This document shows positions 27,030-39,900 of a stretch of 64,000 bases of DNA, in pieces. Position 1 is the stretch's first letter. Each line of letters starts with the position of its first letter. The stretch comes from Camelus ferus (Eukaryota). The notes beneath the pieces are model-generated. The model did not search any database and was not told where the DNA came from. It saw only the letters and a list, made by a program, of their open reading frames with translations. The stretch is from contig NC_045707.1 of assembly GCF_009834535.1 (NCBI RefSeq), forward strand, positions 63,490,001 through 63,554,000, read 5' to 3'. The position numbers were made by a program, and so were the translations under genes.

Positions 27030-27365
27030 TATTTTTGGCTCCGGTCAGGCTCTCCAAGAGGCTGACTCTGAGATGGAATTTACTATGCAGACAGTACTTG
27101 TGGGAAGGGGGAGAAAAAAGCAGGGCAGTGCCAGAGGGGGATATGAAGCTAGAAAAGACAGGCAACATTGTCCTGTGCTGGGCCAGCATGTCCGAGTCCT
27201 TATACCCCTGCCCAGGTCAGTCATTTGATACGGGCTGCCCCTGATGGAGGCCCGGGGTGAGACAGTTTGTCCTCTGGTGCTGAGAAGGCCATCAGTGCTA
27301 AGCACTCCTACCAGCTCGGGCAAGGATTCCTGCCTTGAAGGGGGTGTCCAGACAACACATCCCAC
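27030..27365 (-). mobile_element. ERVL LTR relic (LTR16/LTR33-like)
   Basis: 'ctgactctgagatggaatttactatgcag...cagtcatttgatacgggctgccc...gggggtgtccagacaacacat'. Confidence 0.5.
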
Positions 27366-29839
27366 TATTCATCATGCATTGGGATCTACCTAATTTCTCA
27401 GTCTAAGCTCATGGCCACCTCCACCAGAGCATCTTCTAAAAGTTGTAGGTTGGAGAGTCCCACAGTGTCTGTGACTCCCCTTAAATTCGCAAAGCTTTCA
27501 CCAACACCCTCCATCTCCAAACACATTTTCTGGAATCCCATGAGCCCCCTCTTATCAGTTGAACTAGCTAAGGTTCCAAGACTGGGACTGAATGGCATAA
27601 ATAATCAAAGTTAGGGGAGGGTTAGTGTTAGGCTGGGACACAGAATCAGATGGCCCCGCGGACTCAGGTCTCACGATCAGGTTTGGTTCATTTAAGACAG
27701 TCAGGCTATTTAAGTATTCAGTGGACCCATCCAATTACTGGCGTTTCTCTGTGTCCTGAGAGGCAGACCCTTCCATTGCATTTAGGAAGGTGGATGACTG
27801 AGCCAGTCCGGCTCTAGAGAAAGCCCCAGAGGTGACTGTGAGTTTATGTTCATCACTGTATCGCTCTCCTAATTTCTTACCCAAAGCCCTGCTAGTGACT
27901 AAGGGGAACGGGGGATACCCAAACTGCCCCGCATCTGGGCTGGGAGTTAAGCCTGTCAGATACCTAAATATACCCGAAAGCTAGGAAAGCATAATTTGCA
28001 CCAAGTCTTTAAGCTCCCTGTTGTGTTCATTCTGCTTGATTTCTGCTTTATAAAGATTCCTTCTCTTCCATCATGGAGGTCCTTGCTTTAAGCAGAGATT
28101 GACACAAGAGAAGAGATGAAAAGAAAGAATCTGTGCATTTAGCGACACACTTAGAAATTTAAAGTGATCTAAACAAAACAGGCTGTCATTATAACTAATT
28201 ATGTTTTTCGTTTGGGAACGGACTTTGACTCTAATTCAAAGTAAAAAAATTACGTACGCATTTATCATTTTCTAGGGTATTCACCCTGCACCACTTCAAA
28301 TTCCACATTTTTCTCAGTCTGTTCTCTCTTCTCCAAAACAGTCAGACAAAACAAACATAAAGATAATAGCACAATAACAAAGGGACATGAGTAATTGGAA
28401 TGTCTCTTCCGTCAAAAGTATTTTTGCTTCTACTAAAGGATTACACTGTGATAAATATTATTACCCTCGAGATCAATGGAATGAAGGATCTGCCAAATCT
28501 AACTCAATGCCAGGAAAATCTATATCGTATTTACAGATTCCAGATGGAAAAATCCAGCATTTGTAGCACAAAGCATTTGTATTCCTTTTTTCCTCCACTC
28601 TCCTCTCCAATTCCTTCTAGAAACGAAACTATTTGCAAGACTTATTGGCAGAAAGCTCCCTGTTCATAAAGATGACTCTGTACTGACCAAACAGGAAACT
28701 CTGAGAATTGTGCATTAAGCATCCTTCAAACGTGGACCCAAAGCTGACACTCGTCCTGTGTCTAGTGCTCCATTTGCTTCATGCTCTTCTCCCTGGAAGA
28801 GCTAAGTTGTTGTTGAAATATAATCACCCCACCCATACCGTGGGCAGGCAAACTGAGTAGATCAAATGGATTTGTAAACATTCATTGGCTGTTTCAGTAA
28901 AGCTGTGCAATATAATCATGGACACTGAACTCTGCCTTCATTAGCCATGCAAAATTCCCCAGGTCAGTATTTACATTTTAGCAGCTTATTAAGCTTCTAG
29001 GTGCCGTGACTCAATCAGCTTCACAGAATCCACTTTAGTACGGCTATGCTGACACAGAAATGATGAAGGGCAAATAGATTCAAATTAGTCCGAAGGCAGT
29101 CGCATCAGCATACCGCTTTACCTTTCATTTAATCTTCTGAATTTGGATACATCCCGCGCAGCTCTGTTTGCATCCAGAAGATGCAGAATGTACCTGCCTT
29201 GTGATGAATTTAGTGGCCAAAATGAACCATGGATATTCAGAGGAAAGGATGAGGACTGTTAAGAACTGAGCTGTCATCAGTTCCCAGATTCTTGCAACCT
29301 TACCACGTACGTTTGTGGTGGGCTGGGGTTGGTCAGTGACCCAGCCAGTAATTCAATAAATGGAAACAAGCCTCGCACTTTGGTGGAATGACTGGGTCAT
29401 GATCACAATACATCTTGGAGAAGTTAAGTACAGCCAGGAGAAAGAGAGGTCATCTCCGCTTCAAGGGGACCATTCTTCACCTGATCCCAAAGGGATCGAG
29501 AGGCAGCAATTTTCAGAAACCTTTATTTATCTACTCCCGCAGGGAACCTATAAGGGATATCCAGGGGAAATAAATAACTATGACAACAACGAACACAACG
29601 TGGTGATCCAGTTTGACTTGTGGAGTTTCTCCCACGCTACACACTGCTGACCTCACTGTAAACATCTATTAACAATCTAAATATAACAATCTAAAGCCAA
29701 AAACAAGTCATTAGCTTTGTGTTAAATGCTCAGAGTCCTAATATTATATGAAGCTAGGATTAAGTTCCTATTAGTGGTCAAAGAGAGAATAAAGACTGAT
29801 GATGGTAGTAATCAGAGGAGAAGTAAAAGAAGATGCAGT

Positions 29840-30070
29840 ATTAAGCAACATTTTGAGTAGTTACTATGTGGTAGGGATTTTGCATTTTCCCATTAAATCT
29901 TCACAACACGCCTGAGATAGGTATTATCATCATCTCTGTTTCCTAGATCTAGGAACTGAGGCACAAAGGGATTAAGAAAACTGCCTAAGACCCTACACTC
30001 TGTAAGTGACAGAATTAGATTTTAAACCTGGGAGTCTTAACTCCAAAGACTGATTCCTTAACCGCTATGT
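29840..30070 (-). mobile_element. MIR SINE
   Basis: 'aatcttcacaacacgcctgagataggtattat...aggaactgaggcacaaagggattaag'. Confidence 0.85.
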
Positions 30071-30360
30071 AAAGAGATACCTACTTACTGGTGTATACGA
30101 TTAACCTTTAACACATTTAAAAGAGAAATGGTATAGAGTCAGTACACAGAAACTCATTCATATGTTCACTATCCGTGGAGATATCTATACATCCAGAAAC
30201 TTTCTTGGGATTTCTGAAATAATGTATCCTTTCACACTACATCTAGTTAAAGATTTATCATGGCTGTTAACATTAGGATCAATACACAAATAAAAGTAAT
30301 AGGAGATGAATGTTCTTCAGAAAAAATAAAAGAGTCTTCAAATTGTCTTCTTGAGCCTGA

Positions 30361-30950
30361 GCTCTGGATTTCAGTACTTACAATATGGTAACGTAGATTT
30401 TTCTATGGAAACATTTCTTTGGCTAGATTTGAATCTACAAAAATATTAACCTAAGAAAGGAGGTTGGGGTCCGTATCTACATGAAACCATTAAGTTGCTT
30501 TGTCACATACCACTAAAAATTCTGCATGCTAATAAAAGAGAGGGATGAAGTAAGGCTAGTATTCGTCAGACTTTCCTGATCTCTGAGTAGAAACGTGATA
30601 AGATGAAACAACTGGCAGGTAATGTATTTAAGGGAAAAGAAGATTCAAACTCCACATCGTTGATCCTCATCTGTTAGTTGCCACATCACAATCCAAGAAC
30701 AAAATCTGAGTCTTTATACCTTAAGATTCTCAATGTGAGGGGCTGCTGTCTCAGCGACCCCCTGCTCTGTAACAAACATTCCAAAAAATGAAAGCAACCG
30801 TGATTTATTATTTCTCACAATCATGTGGGCTTTGCCTGGGCAGGTCCTCTGCTTTCTTAGGTTAATATTTATGTAGACTCAAATCTAGCCAAAGAAATGT
30901 TTCTGTAGAAAAATCTACATTACCATATTATAAGTATCAAAACCCAGAGT
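30361..30950. repeat. Inverted repeat pair, arms 30361-30459 and 30852-30950
   Basis: Ungapped manual alignment: 88 of 99 positions identical; spacer about 390 bp. Confidence 0.97.
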
Positions 30951-31320
30951 TCAGCTCACGGGTTAGGGTTAGGGCCCACTGGGGCTGACTCATGCGTGCA
31001 ACAAGATGGCCACATTCACGTATCTGGCAGCTGGTTCTCTAGCTGTTAGCTGGGGCCCCTCAGTTTGCTTCCTCCTACTCTATTATACCCTGATAGACAG
31101 GCCATATTCTTCAAATGGAGGGAGTCTCCAAAAAAATGTATCAAGAGAGAAGGTAGAAGAGAGATCTTTTGAGGCCAAGGCTCTAGGGCTCACACAACGT
31201 AACTTCTACCACATTCTGTTGATCAAAGGAAAACCAGTCTGGCCCAAATTCAAAGGGATGGAAAAAGAGACTTTACCTCTGGAGCATAGGAATAGCAGAG
31301 TCATCTTGCAAAAGAGTATA
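30747..31320 (-). mobile_element. MLT1-type MaLR LTR interrupted by the inverted insertion
   Basis: 'tgctctgtaacaaac...atttattatttctcacaatc...cacattctgttgatcaaagg...ggcccaaattcaaagggatggaaaaagagactttacctct'. Confidence 0.8.
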
Positions 31321-31328
31321 TCAGATGG

Positions 31329-31331
<3 letters not shown>

Positions 31332-31386
<55 letters not shown>

Positions 31387-31432
31387 GCCATGAAACAGTT
31401 TACCACAGATACACACACACACACACACACGC
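31332..31432. repeat. (TA)n and (CA)n microsatellites
   Basis: Direct observation. Confidence 0.97.
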
Positions 31433-31439
31433 ATGCATG

Positions 31440-31635
31440 CACAGAAAAAGGTCAGCCAGATTGCATCAATGTCAACATCTCAATATCCCAGTCATGATAT
31501 TCTACTGTGATTTCACAACATGTTGCCACTAGGGGAAACAGGGTAATGAGTACATGAGAGCTCTCTGCATTACTTTTACAACTACATGTGAACCTACAAT
31601 TATCTCAAAATAAAAAGTTTAATTTAAAAAAAAAA
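31440..31635 (+). mobile_element. L1MC/MD-type 3' end
   Basis: 'attgcatcaatgtcaacatc...caactacatgtgaacctacaattatctcaaaataaaaagtt'. Confidence 0.8.
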
Positions 31636-32399
31636 GTCAACTGGAAAGAATGTCATCATGAAAAGCTTGGTAAACACAACAGAATTTATTACCATGACAT
31701 TTACCAATCCACGGTGAGGCCAGATATAAGATAATATACAGAATCCATCAGACCACTCATTCAGCAAAGGTTCTTTGAGCGCCTGTCATGGGCCTGGTAC
31801 TCTTCTAGGCACTGGGTATGCGACAATGCACCAAGGACTAACTAAACCCCTTTCCTTGTGGAGGGTACCTCCTAGTGTTTCACTCTGAATATTATGGCAA
31901 ACTACAGAAAAGAAGGGAGGGCCCAGGAGCTGATAACAAAGTAATCAATGAAAAGGTGACAATGTAACGTAAGAAGATAGGAAATACATTCAAAATCTCT
32001 ATTCTAGAACTTTCAAATCTTCCAGGAAAGTATAATTAGTTTCTAAAACATGTAGGAGGCTCTCTAGCTTAGCCTCCTCTCACTACTTCCAGACCCCAAA
32101 TATCCAGAACCACATGGCAGTCCACAGGCACCTGGATAGTATATTGAATGTACAGAAGTATAAATGCACATATATAATGTATACATTTATCAGATCATCA
32201 CATTGTACACTTTAAGCACATTTCAATTTTGTCAGTTATCTCATAATAAAGTTGAAAAAATAAGTAATATTTTACAAGATTAAAAAAATTGAACCATTCC
32301 AGACTGAGCTTCTTGGTTCAACTCTCCACTGTCTGTCACCCACCGGCAAGACACAGCCTGATCGACCAGACTTGACAAAGATGCTGGCGTGTATTCCAT

Positions 32400-32915
32400 T
32401 ACATTTGTTTCCCTGGCATCGATTCCCCCTTTTCCATTGTGAAAACTGCCTCTTCCTTGTTATTTGTACATATAGGTGGGTTGAGGTCAGCCCTAACTTA
32501 AGTATCAAGATGACCATGTGATCCAGGAGTAAGCTAACCAGCATATTCAGGGATAGACGTATGACCTAACTGGCCAATGAGAGTCAGGCCCAGGACTTTT
32601 GTTAGAACGCTTGGGATTCACTCTTTTCTCCTGTGGTGTTAACGCGAACAGGATGTGAGCTAGGAGCTACCGACCGCATCCTGCCAATACTAAGGAAAAT
32701 GCAGCCTGAAAACGGCACCAATATGTAGGAAAGCCAAGCAGAGAGGTGGGGAGAGACAGAGTCTTCATGACAATATCTGAAGCTCTGAACCCACCTTCCC
32801 TAGAACGCCCCTCAAGTGTTTTCTGTTACATAAGCAAATAAAATTCTCTGTCGGCTTAAGCTGGTTTAAGTCAGGTTAGTATCACTCGTGACTGAAGGTG
32901 TCCTAACCAATACAA
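32400..32915 (+). mobile_element. MLT1-type MaLR LTR
   Basis: 3' end 'tgttacataagcaaataaaattctct...ttaagtcaggttagtatcactcgtgactgaaggtgtcctaaccaataca'. Confidence 0.75.
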
Positions 32916-33343
32916 AGAAAGAGGATGCAGAGGATCTGGGAGTGTCTTGGGAAAGCAGGATGGAGTACTGGACAGGAGAACTAACAATTTTTCAGAGGAA
33001 GAATGAAAGCTAAGTTGCTATGTGCTGGCTTTCTTGCTTTCTTGGACACCTGAGCCCAAAACCTGCCTCACCCTTCAACAGGCGGAGCCAGCATCACTGG
33101 TCTCAGAATTTGATGAAGAAACAGCAGGATTTTACTAAGAAATGACCTCCATTCCTGGGGAAGAAACAGGAACATGATTTTTTTTTTAATTTTTCTTTTA
33201 GCACCAAAATAAAAGAGAAGCATCTGTGTGTTTACAGAGCATTAGAGAGAGGTGATAGCACATGATGACCCAAGACATTAGACAGGGTGCACTGGGTACT
33301 AATATTTAAGGTCCAAATGCTAGATTATAAATGTTTCACTGAG

Positions 33344-33764
33344 TGTATTAGTCAGAGTTCTCCAGAGTAACAGAACAGAGAGGATGTGTGTATATGGAAG
33401 AGAAGAGACTTAGATTTATTTTAAGGAACTGGCTCACCCAGTTATAGAGGCTGGCAAGTTCAAAATCTGCAGGGTGAGCTTTCACACTGGAGACCCATGA
33501 GGAGCCAATATTGCAGTTCAAGTCTGAAGGCTGTCTGCTGACAAAATTCCGTCTTACTGGGCAGAGGTCAGTCTTTCGTTTTATTTGGACCTTCAACTGA
33601 TTGGACGAGGCCCACCCACGTTATGAAGGGCAATCTGCTTTACTCAGAGTTTACCTATTTAAATGTTAAGCTCCATAACACCCTCACACAAACACCAGAA
33701 TAATGCTTGGCCACATATCTGGCACAATGCCCAGCCAAGTTAACACATGAAATTAACCATCATA
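33344..33764 (-). mobile_element. MLT2-type ERVL solo LTR
   Basis: 'tgtattagtcagagttctccagag...ggaactggctcac...gccaagttaacacatgaaattaaccatcata'. Confidence 0.9.
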
Positions 33765-34689
33765 TTAAATATAGGAAAACAAGTCTTAGTAAATTTCTCC
33801 ATGTCATCAACTAAGTTTTTTTCTGGCTTGCAAAATCCAGATCTACAGAAAAATACCCTCCCAATAGGCTATCATTGACTTCCAAGTCTGAAGTACACAG
33901 GCAACATAGTTGGATATGATATGAAGCATTTCCCCAGGAGTCAGAAGAGCTGAGTTCTAGTCACCAGCCTGGTGCAATTTAACCAAGTCCTTTCACCAAG
34001 ATGGATCTCAATTTCCTTACCTCTAAGGTGATGGGTTTAGACCTGTGATCTCCAAAATACCTTCTCACATTCAACTATGCCATGCTTCTGATCTCCTCTC
34101 TCATTGAGGACCACCAACCTCACCCCTTGCTACAACCTCTACAGTCTATGTTTATAACACCTGCTTCAAATGCCAGATTGGATATTGTTCTCTTTTTCAG
34201 CTCCAATCTTTATGCTATTTAAATAAAAGTAGGACGTGCACTGCTGAGAATAGCAATGACGAGGGTCCGTGGGTGTTGGCAGCAGCCTGGCCAAGGTGAC
34301 AAGTGAACTGTTAGAGGCAGCCCACGCTAAAAGGTTTTCTCAGCTGTATCAGGAGAAAGTTTTGCTTTTTCAATGGAAAACAAATTGGATCCAAGACAGA
34401 AATGATGACAAAAGCATCTAGCCCTTCCCTTAGTGCTGGTGTGTCCTTGAGAAATTTCTCCTCAGAGGGAAAAGATATTTCAAGATGATCAAGAAAGGTT
34501 TGAAAGCTTACCTGAGGAAAGAGGATTTGAGTTAAAGCCAAGAGGTAACCCACTTCAAATAGCATTTTCACTATTCCTGGCAACCCAGAAACGCTCTTTT
34601 ATCCCCTATAATTCCTTTAACAGCATATTTATGTTCAGCACCTAAGATGTGATAAAAAAAAAAAGTAAAATAAAATAAAATAGGAGAGT

Positions 34690-35183
34690 TACACAGTTGA
34701 TGAGAATGCAAAATGGTGCAGCTGCCTTGCAAGACAGTGTGAAGATTCCTCAAGATATTAAAAATGGAACTACTGGGTATTTTAATAATCTCATTTCTGG
34801 GTGTTTATTTATCCAAGAGAATTGAAATCAGGACCTTGAAGAGATATTAGCACCCCAGTGTTCACTGTCGCACTACATGTAACAGCCAAGGTATGGAAAC
34901 AACCTAAACATCTATCAGTGGATGAACGGATAATGGAAATGTGGTACACACCTACAATGGAGTTTCTTCAGCCTTAAAAGAGAAGGAATTCCTGCAACAT
35001 GCAGCAACACAGGTGAACCTGGAAGACATTATGCTAAGAAAAATGAGCCAGTCACAGAAGGACAAATACTGCATTATTCCACTTATACAGGGCATCTTAA
35101 ACAATTAAACTCCACAATCAGAGAGTAGAATGGTGGTTACCAGGGACTGGGGAGAGGGGGAAACCGGAAATTGCTAATCAAGG
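34690..35183 (+). mobile_element. Older L1M ORF2 end / 3' UTR
   Basis: 'gaatgcaaaatggtgcagctgcc...ggaaacaacctaa...gagagtagaatggtggttaccaggg'. Confidence 0.85.
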
Positions 35184-35705
35184 TTTCACGTATATATACA
35201 CATACATACATACAATGGGATACTACTCAGCCATAAAAAAGAATAAAATAATACCATTTGCAGCAACATAGATGGACATGGAGATCGTCATACTAAGTGA
35301 AGTAAGCGAGAAAGAGAAAGAAAAATACCATATGATATCATTTATATGTGGAATCTAAGAAAAAACAAGAAGACACAAATACACTTATTTACAAAACAGA
35401 GACAGACTCACAGACATAGAAAACAAACTTAAGGTTAAAAAAGGAAAGGTTGGAGAGGGATCAACTAGGAGTTTGGGATTTGTACATACTAACTGCTACA
35501 TATAAAACAGATAAACAATAAGTTCCCACCAGGAATGCAGCACAGGGAACTGTATTTAATACCTTGTAATGGCCTATAATGAAAAAGAATGTGAAAAGGA
35601 ATATATATATGTGTATATATATATATGAATCTCTATGCTATACACCAGAAATTAATACAATGCTGTAAATCGACTATGCTTCAATTTTAAAAATTTTAAA
35701 ATAAA
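35184..35705 (+). mobile_element. Lineage L1 3' end
   Basis: Same family as 23400-24230 and 42200-43540; ends 'gactatgcttcaattttaaaaa'. Confidence 0.92.
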
Positions 35706-35719
35706 TGTAATGATGATCT

Positions 35720-36518
35720 AAAGATATTCACAGGCTTAAGAGGTCACAAAATTTTACATACAAAGACTTTGTTCAGAAGAATTCTTGAAAAATAGACTCC
35801 AACATAGTAAGTAAGTAATGAATTCAGGGGAAGGCAGTAAGGTGTGAGAAGTAAGGATGAGGCAAAACTTAAATTTATTTTCATCTAATAAGCAGTAACC
35901 AGAAATGTATATGTATGAAAACCTAGAATGAAAATTCTGAACAATAATAATAGTTTAATGAAGTTTGAGGGAAGATACCAGAGGAAAATGAGAGAAATTA
36001 GAATGTACTCACGTTCTTGTCTTGTTCAGTAGAAAAACATAGCTATTAATAAGTTTTCAAAGTACTTGATACAGAAAAATGAGCACAATTATAAATCTTA
36101 CTAAGTTGGGAGTAAACACCACAAATATAAAAATAAAATGTATATTTTCAAAATAGAAGAAAACATTTTTTCACCTACCTAATGGAATATATATAAAAGG
36201 AGGGGAAAATGGTAAGAAAACAAAAAATAATCTGACAGAAATAAGTCTTAATAAAAGGAATTACAATAAAGATAAATGGATCAAACTCACCAATCAAAAG
36301 ACAGACAAGCCCAGGGTGAATAAATATTAAAGGGGGAGAAAATCAAGTACAGAAAGTATACAAAATAGTGATAATAATAGAAGGGAAAAATATACCAGGA
36401 AAATAAGAAATAACATAAAGCAGGTTATACAGGGTGAAAAATGTCTAAGGGAAAAAGAGGAACATCATGCATTGGGGAAAAAGAAAGTCATTATATCAAG
36501 AAGATACAACAATCATGA

Positions 36519-36563
<45 letters not shown>

Positions 36564-36800
36564 CACATACATACATATATAGCCCTGAAATGTACATATT
36601 TTTAAATCACTGAAAAATTAGGAAAGATAAATAGCTAAATCAACAATTATAGGTGAAGATTTTAACACATTCATCTCAGAAATTGCTAGATCAACAAACA
36701 AAAATCAGCCAAATGGAAACTATATAGACCCCAAGTAACACAGACTGCATATAATTTTAAGCCCATAGGAGCACTCACAAGAATTCATATTTTAGTACGT
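35720..36800 (+). mobile_element. Old L1 ORF1-ORF2 junction / endonuclease-region relic with an internal (CA)(TA) repeat
   Basis: 'ataaatggatcaaactcaccaatcaaaagacaga', 'aagaagatacaacaatcatgaatatata', 'aatcaacaattataggtgaagattttaacac'. Confidence 0.7.
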
Positions 36801-37259
36801 TTTTCAAAATGTAGTAATATATTTACCAGGTTGGCCATTTTGTCTATAATTCAATGTTGCAGACACCCCTTGAGAATTTCATAACCTCTTTTTAAGAGAT
36901 GGCCCTTAAGAATGCAGGCTACAAGTCGACACTTGCTTACCTGCTGTTTTCCAGTTTATTTGTCTTACTTCTTATTCCTTCTATTTTACTTAAATTAGGA
37001 AATAACTCATATGAGTAAACTATATTTCTGTAGGTATGACCTCTGCCTCCCTTGGAATGATTTTACAATCTGAAACACATGCTTTTGAAAACCTCTGATG
37101 GTGGTAAATTATTATCGTTGTTGTTAACAGTTATTCAGTGTCAAATCCGGTGAAGGTAGATGTTTTGAGCCTAAATGTGACTTTAGAAGAGTCATACTGA
37201 CTGTAGAATGACTATCTGCGGTTTCCTTTTGTCCTTCTTCCAACAACAGCCTATTTGAT

Positions 37260-37720
37260 TCCATCGCCTCCCTCACTTTTAGTTCACGCATATTGGATAA
37301 AATTAACATTCCACGGAGGAGCACATGCCCCAGAACTAAAGCAAAAGCCACAAGCCACAAAAGCCCTTGGCCTCACAGACAGCTTCACTATGGGCGTGCA
37401 GTCTGTCTCAGAAGTTACCTAGGAGCTACCAGAAATGATGCTCTCTGCTTCCAATGGATTTTAGCCTGAAAAGATGCTACAGGTCACTTTTGCCATAACA
37501 CAGGAAAACCCTGCCTGAGAATGGAGCCAACACAAAGGAAGCAGGGCCCAAGGGACAAGGAGACAAATAAAACCCTGATGACATTATTTGAGGTTCTTTG
37601 TTCATCTGTATTTGAAGACAGAGCTCTCCCCTAAAGTTTCCAGTTACATGGACCAATACATTCCTTTTTTACTTAATTTATTTGGATGGGGTTTTCTGAA
37701 ACTTTCAACCAGAAGTTCTG
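37260..37720 (+). mobile_element. MLT1-type LTR relic
   Basis: 'ctgcctgagaatggagccaacaca...ttccagttacatggaccaatacattccttttt'. Confidence 0.6.
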
Positions 37721-38084
37721 ATGGCGTGACCTGCTTCATCACAATATAATTGAAATGAAATCCCCCAAAGTAATGACACTGGAAAAGAAACATTCAGATG
37801 CACAGAGTCTTACATATTTGGTAAAATGTCAGTCTCTGCTTAATTTTCTCTCATGCTTTAGCTCTTCTCAAGTCACATATTCTTCTTGCTGCAACCTGGG
37901 TCATATGTCCCTCCTTGTAACCAGGTGATGGAGCAATGTGACCAGAAAAAAGGACTAAAATGGGTGCTGGGCAGATAAAAGCAACAGATACGAATTCACC
38001 ATATCTGAACAAGTGTGAGCAGTATAGGAAAACCTTTTAATTTTTCATCAGTTATCAGATCTTAAAAATTTTTAAAGGGGCTTA

Positions 38085-38265
38085 TGCCTCGAGGATTTTA
38101 ATCTAGAATCTACAGACTATCATAGGATTCAGATTATCCATAAAACCCCTGATAATATGCAAAATGTGTGTGCATGACCATATAGAGATTTAAGGGAAGG
38201 GAATCTATAGCTTTTATTAGATTCTCAGAAGAGTCGATAATGCAAGAAAGGGTTAGCAATCACTA
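38085..38265. mobile_element. hAT-Charlie MITE, MER103-like
   Basis: 'ctatagcttttattagattctcagaagagtc...aagggttagcaatcact'. Confidence 0.55.
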
Positions 38266-39221
38266 CCTTGAGACAGTAAGGTGGTTTTGACACCTAATGA
38301 ACAAATCCTAAGGGAAATATATCTGCCTCTTGAAATGACGTAAGATAGAACACACACCACATACCAATAGGCTAACAGTGGTTATCTCTGGTGATGAAGT
38401 AAGAGCTAATTTTTCTTCTTTGAATCTTTTCTGCATTTCCAACATTGTCTATGATGAATATAAATGATGTCAGTCACATAAAAGGTTAATTTAAGGGGAA
38501 AAAAAAACACGTGCCTCGATCCCTGGGTGTACCATCAAACTCCCAGGTCCAACATAGCAATAAGCCATTTCAATATTTAAATGAATGGGCAGCACAAGAA
38601 CAAAGCATCAACATTCAAAAGGCATAAAAACTCACTCAAAGTAATCAGAAAATCCCATCTTCTCCAAACTAAAATTTTGCAGTTCTCTCTTAAGCTCACT
38701 AATTGCCCAAACATTCAAGACACATTTTTTTAAAAAAAGAAAAAGTAAGGGAAATGTGAACAACCACTCCAAAATCAATCCTGCTATCAAATTCTATTCT
38801 TATTCAAATGCTCCCCCAAGAGTTTTAAAACCTCACTGGTGAAGAGCGTCCTCCAGTAAAGTGTACCGTTGTGCTTTGTGCCAAAAGATTAATAAAATTT
38901 AACAAAGATGATGACTTGAAAGTAGTCTCCATTGGGTGAGTCAGGGTGGGAAAAGACACATCCTGGCTAGTGGTAATTATCCCTGGGTAAATTATTTCTT
39001 AACTATGCTTCCCCAAAGGTGCCTTCTTCCAGACAGCTCTTCCAGAGGAACCACTAGCCTGCTAGGGTTTATTCTAAGGTCAAAATCCACTTGCCAGACT
39101 ATGTCAACCTAACAGTCTTCCTCGTTAGGCTTCTTTTTTTTTTTTTAAACCTTTCTAGAATGTATTCTTCATTCCTCTCCCCCAACTTAAAAATAATGAC
39201 AATAATGACAGGTAGCATTAA

Positions 39222-39831
39222 CCCAGGAATCCCGCTCCTGGGCATATATCCAGAAGGAACCCTACTTTCGGATGACACCTGCACCCCAACGTTCATAGCA
39301 GCACTATTTACAATAGCCAAGAGATGGAAACAGCATAAATGTCCACCAACAGATGACTGGATAGAGATGTGGTATATTTATACAATGGAATACTACTCAG
39401 CCATAAAAACTGACCGCGTAACGCCATTTGCAGCAACATGGATGCTCCTGGAGAATGTCATTCTAAGTGAAGTAAGCCAGAAAGAGAAAGAAAAATACCA
39501 TGAGATTGCTCATATGTGGAATCTAAAAAAAAAAAAAAGCATAAATACAAAACAGAAATAGACTCACAGACATAGAATATAAACTTGTGGTTGCCAAGGG
39601 GGCGGGGGGTGGGAAGAGATAGACTGGGATTTCAAAATTGTAGAATAGATAAAAAAGATTATATTGTATAGCACAGGGAAATATATACAAGATCTTATGG
39701 TAGCTCACAGAGAAAAAAATGTGACAATAAATATACATATGTTCATGTATGACTGAAAAATTGTGCTCCACATCAGAATTTGACACAACATTGTAAAATG
39801 ACTATAAATCAATAAAAAAAAATGTTAAAAA
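39222..39831 (+). mobile_element. Young 5'-truncated L1 with a perfect TSD
   Basis: ORF2 C-terminal peptide (IPLLGIYP...[12 protein letters not shown]...FAATW) in ORF 39091-39561. Perfect 18-bp TSD aatgacaggtagcattaa at 39204-39221 and 39832-39849. Confidence 0.97.
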
Positions 39832-39900
39832 AATGACAGGTAGCATTAATGGGGTACTTAGGATAATGTCCAGTACATAGAAAGGGCTTTATAGTCAAAC

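Noticed and set aside
31006..31497. 163-aa ORF
   Set aside because: Runs through an MLT1 LTR and (TA)n/(CA)n repeats; low-complexity artefact.
39091..39561. 156-aa ORF
   Set aside because: Fusion of flanking DNA with the L1 ORF2 C-terminus; not a host gene.
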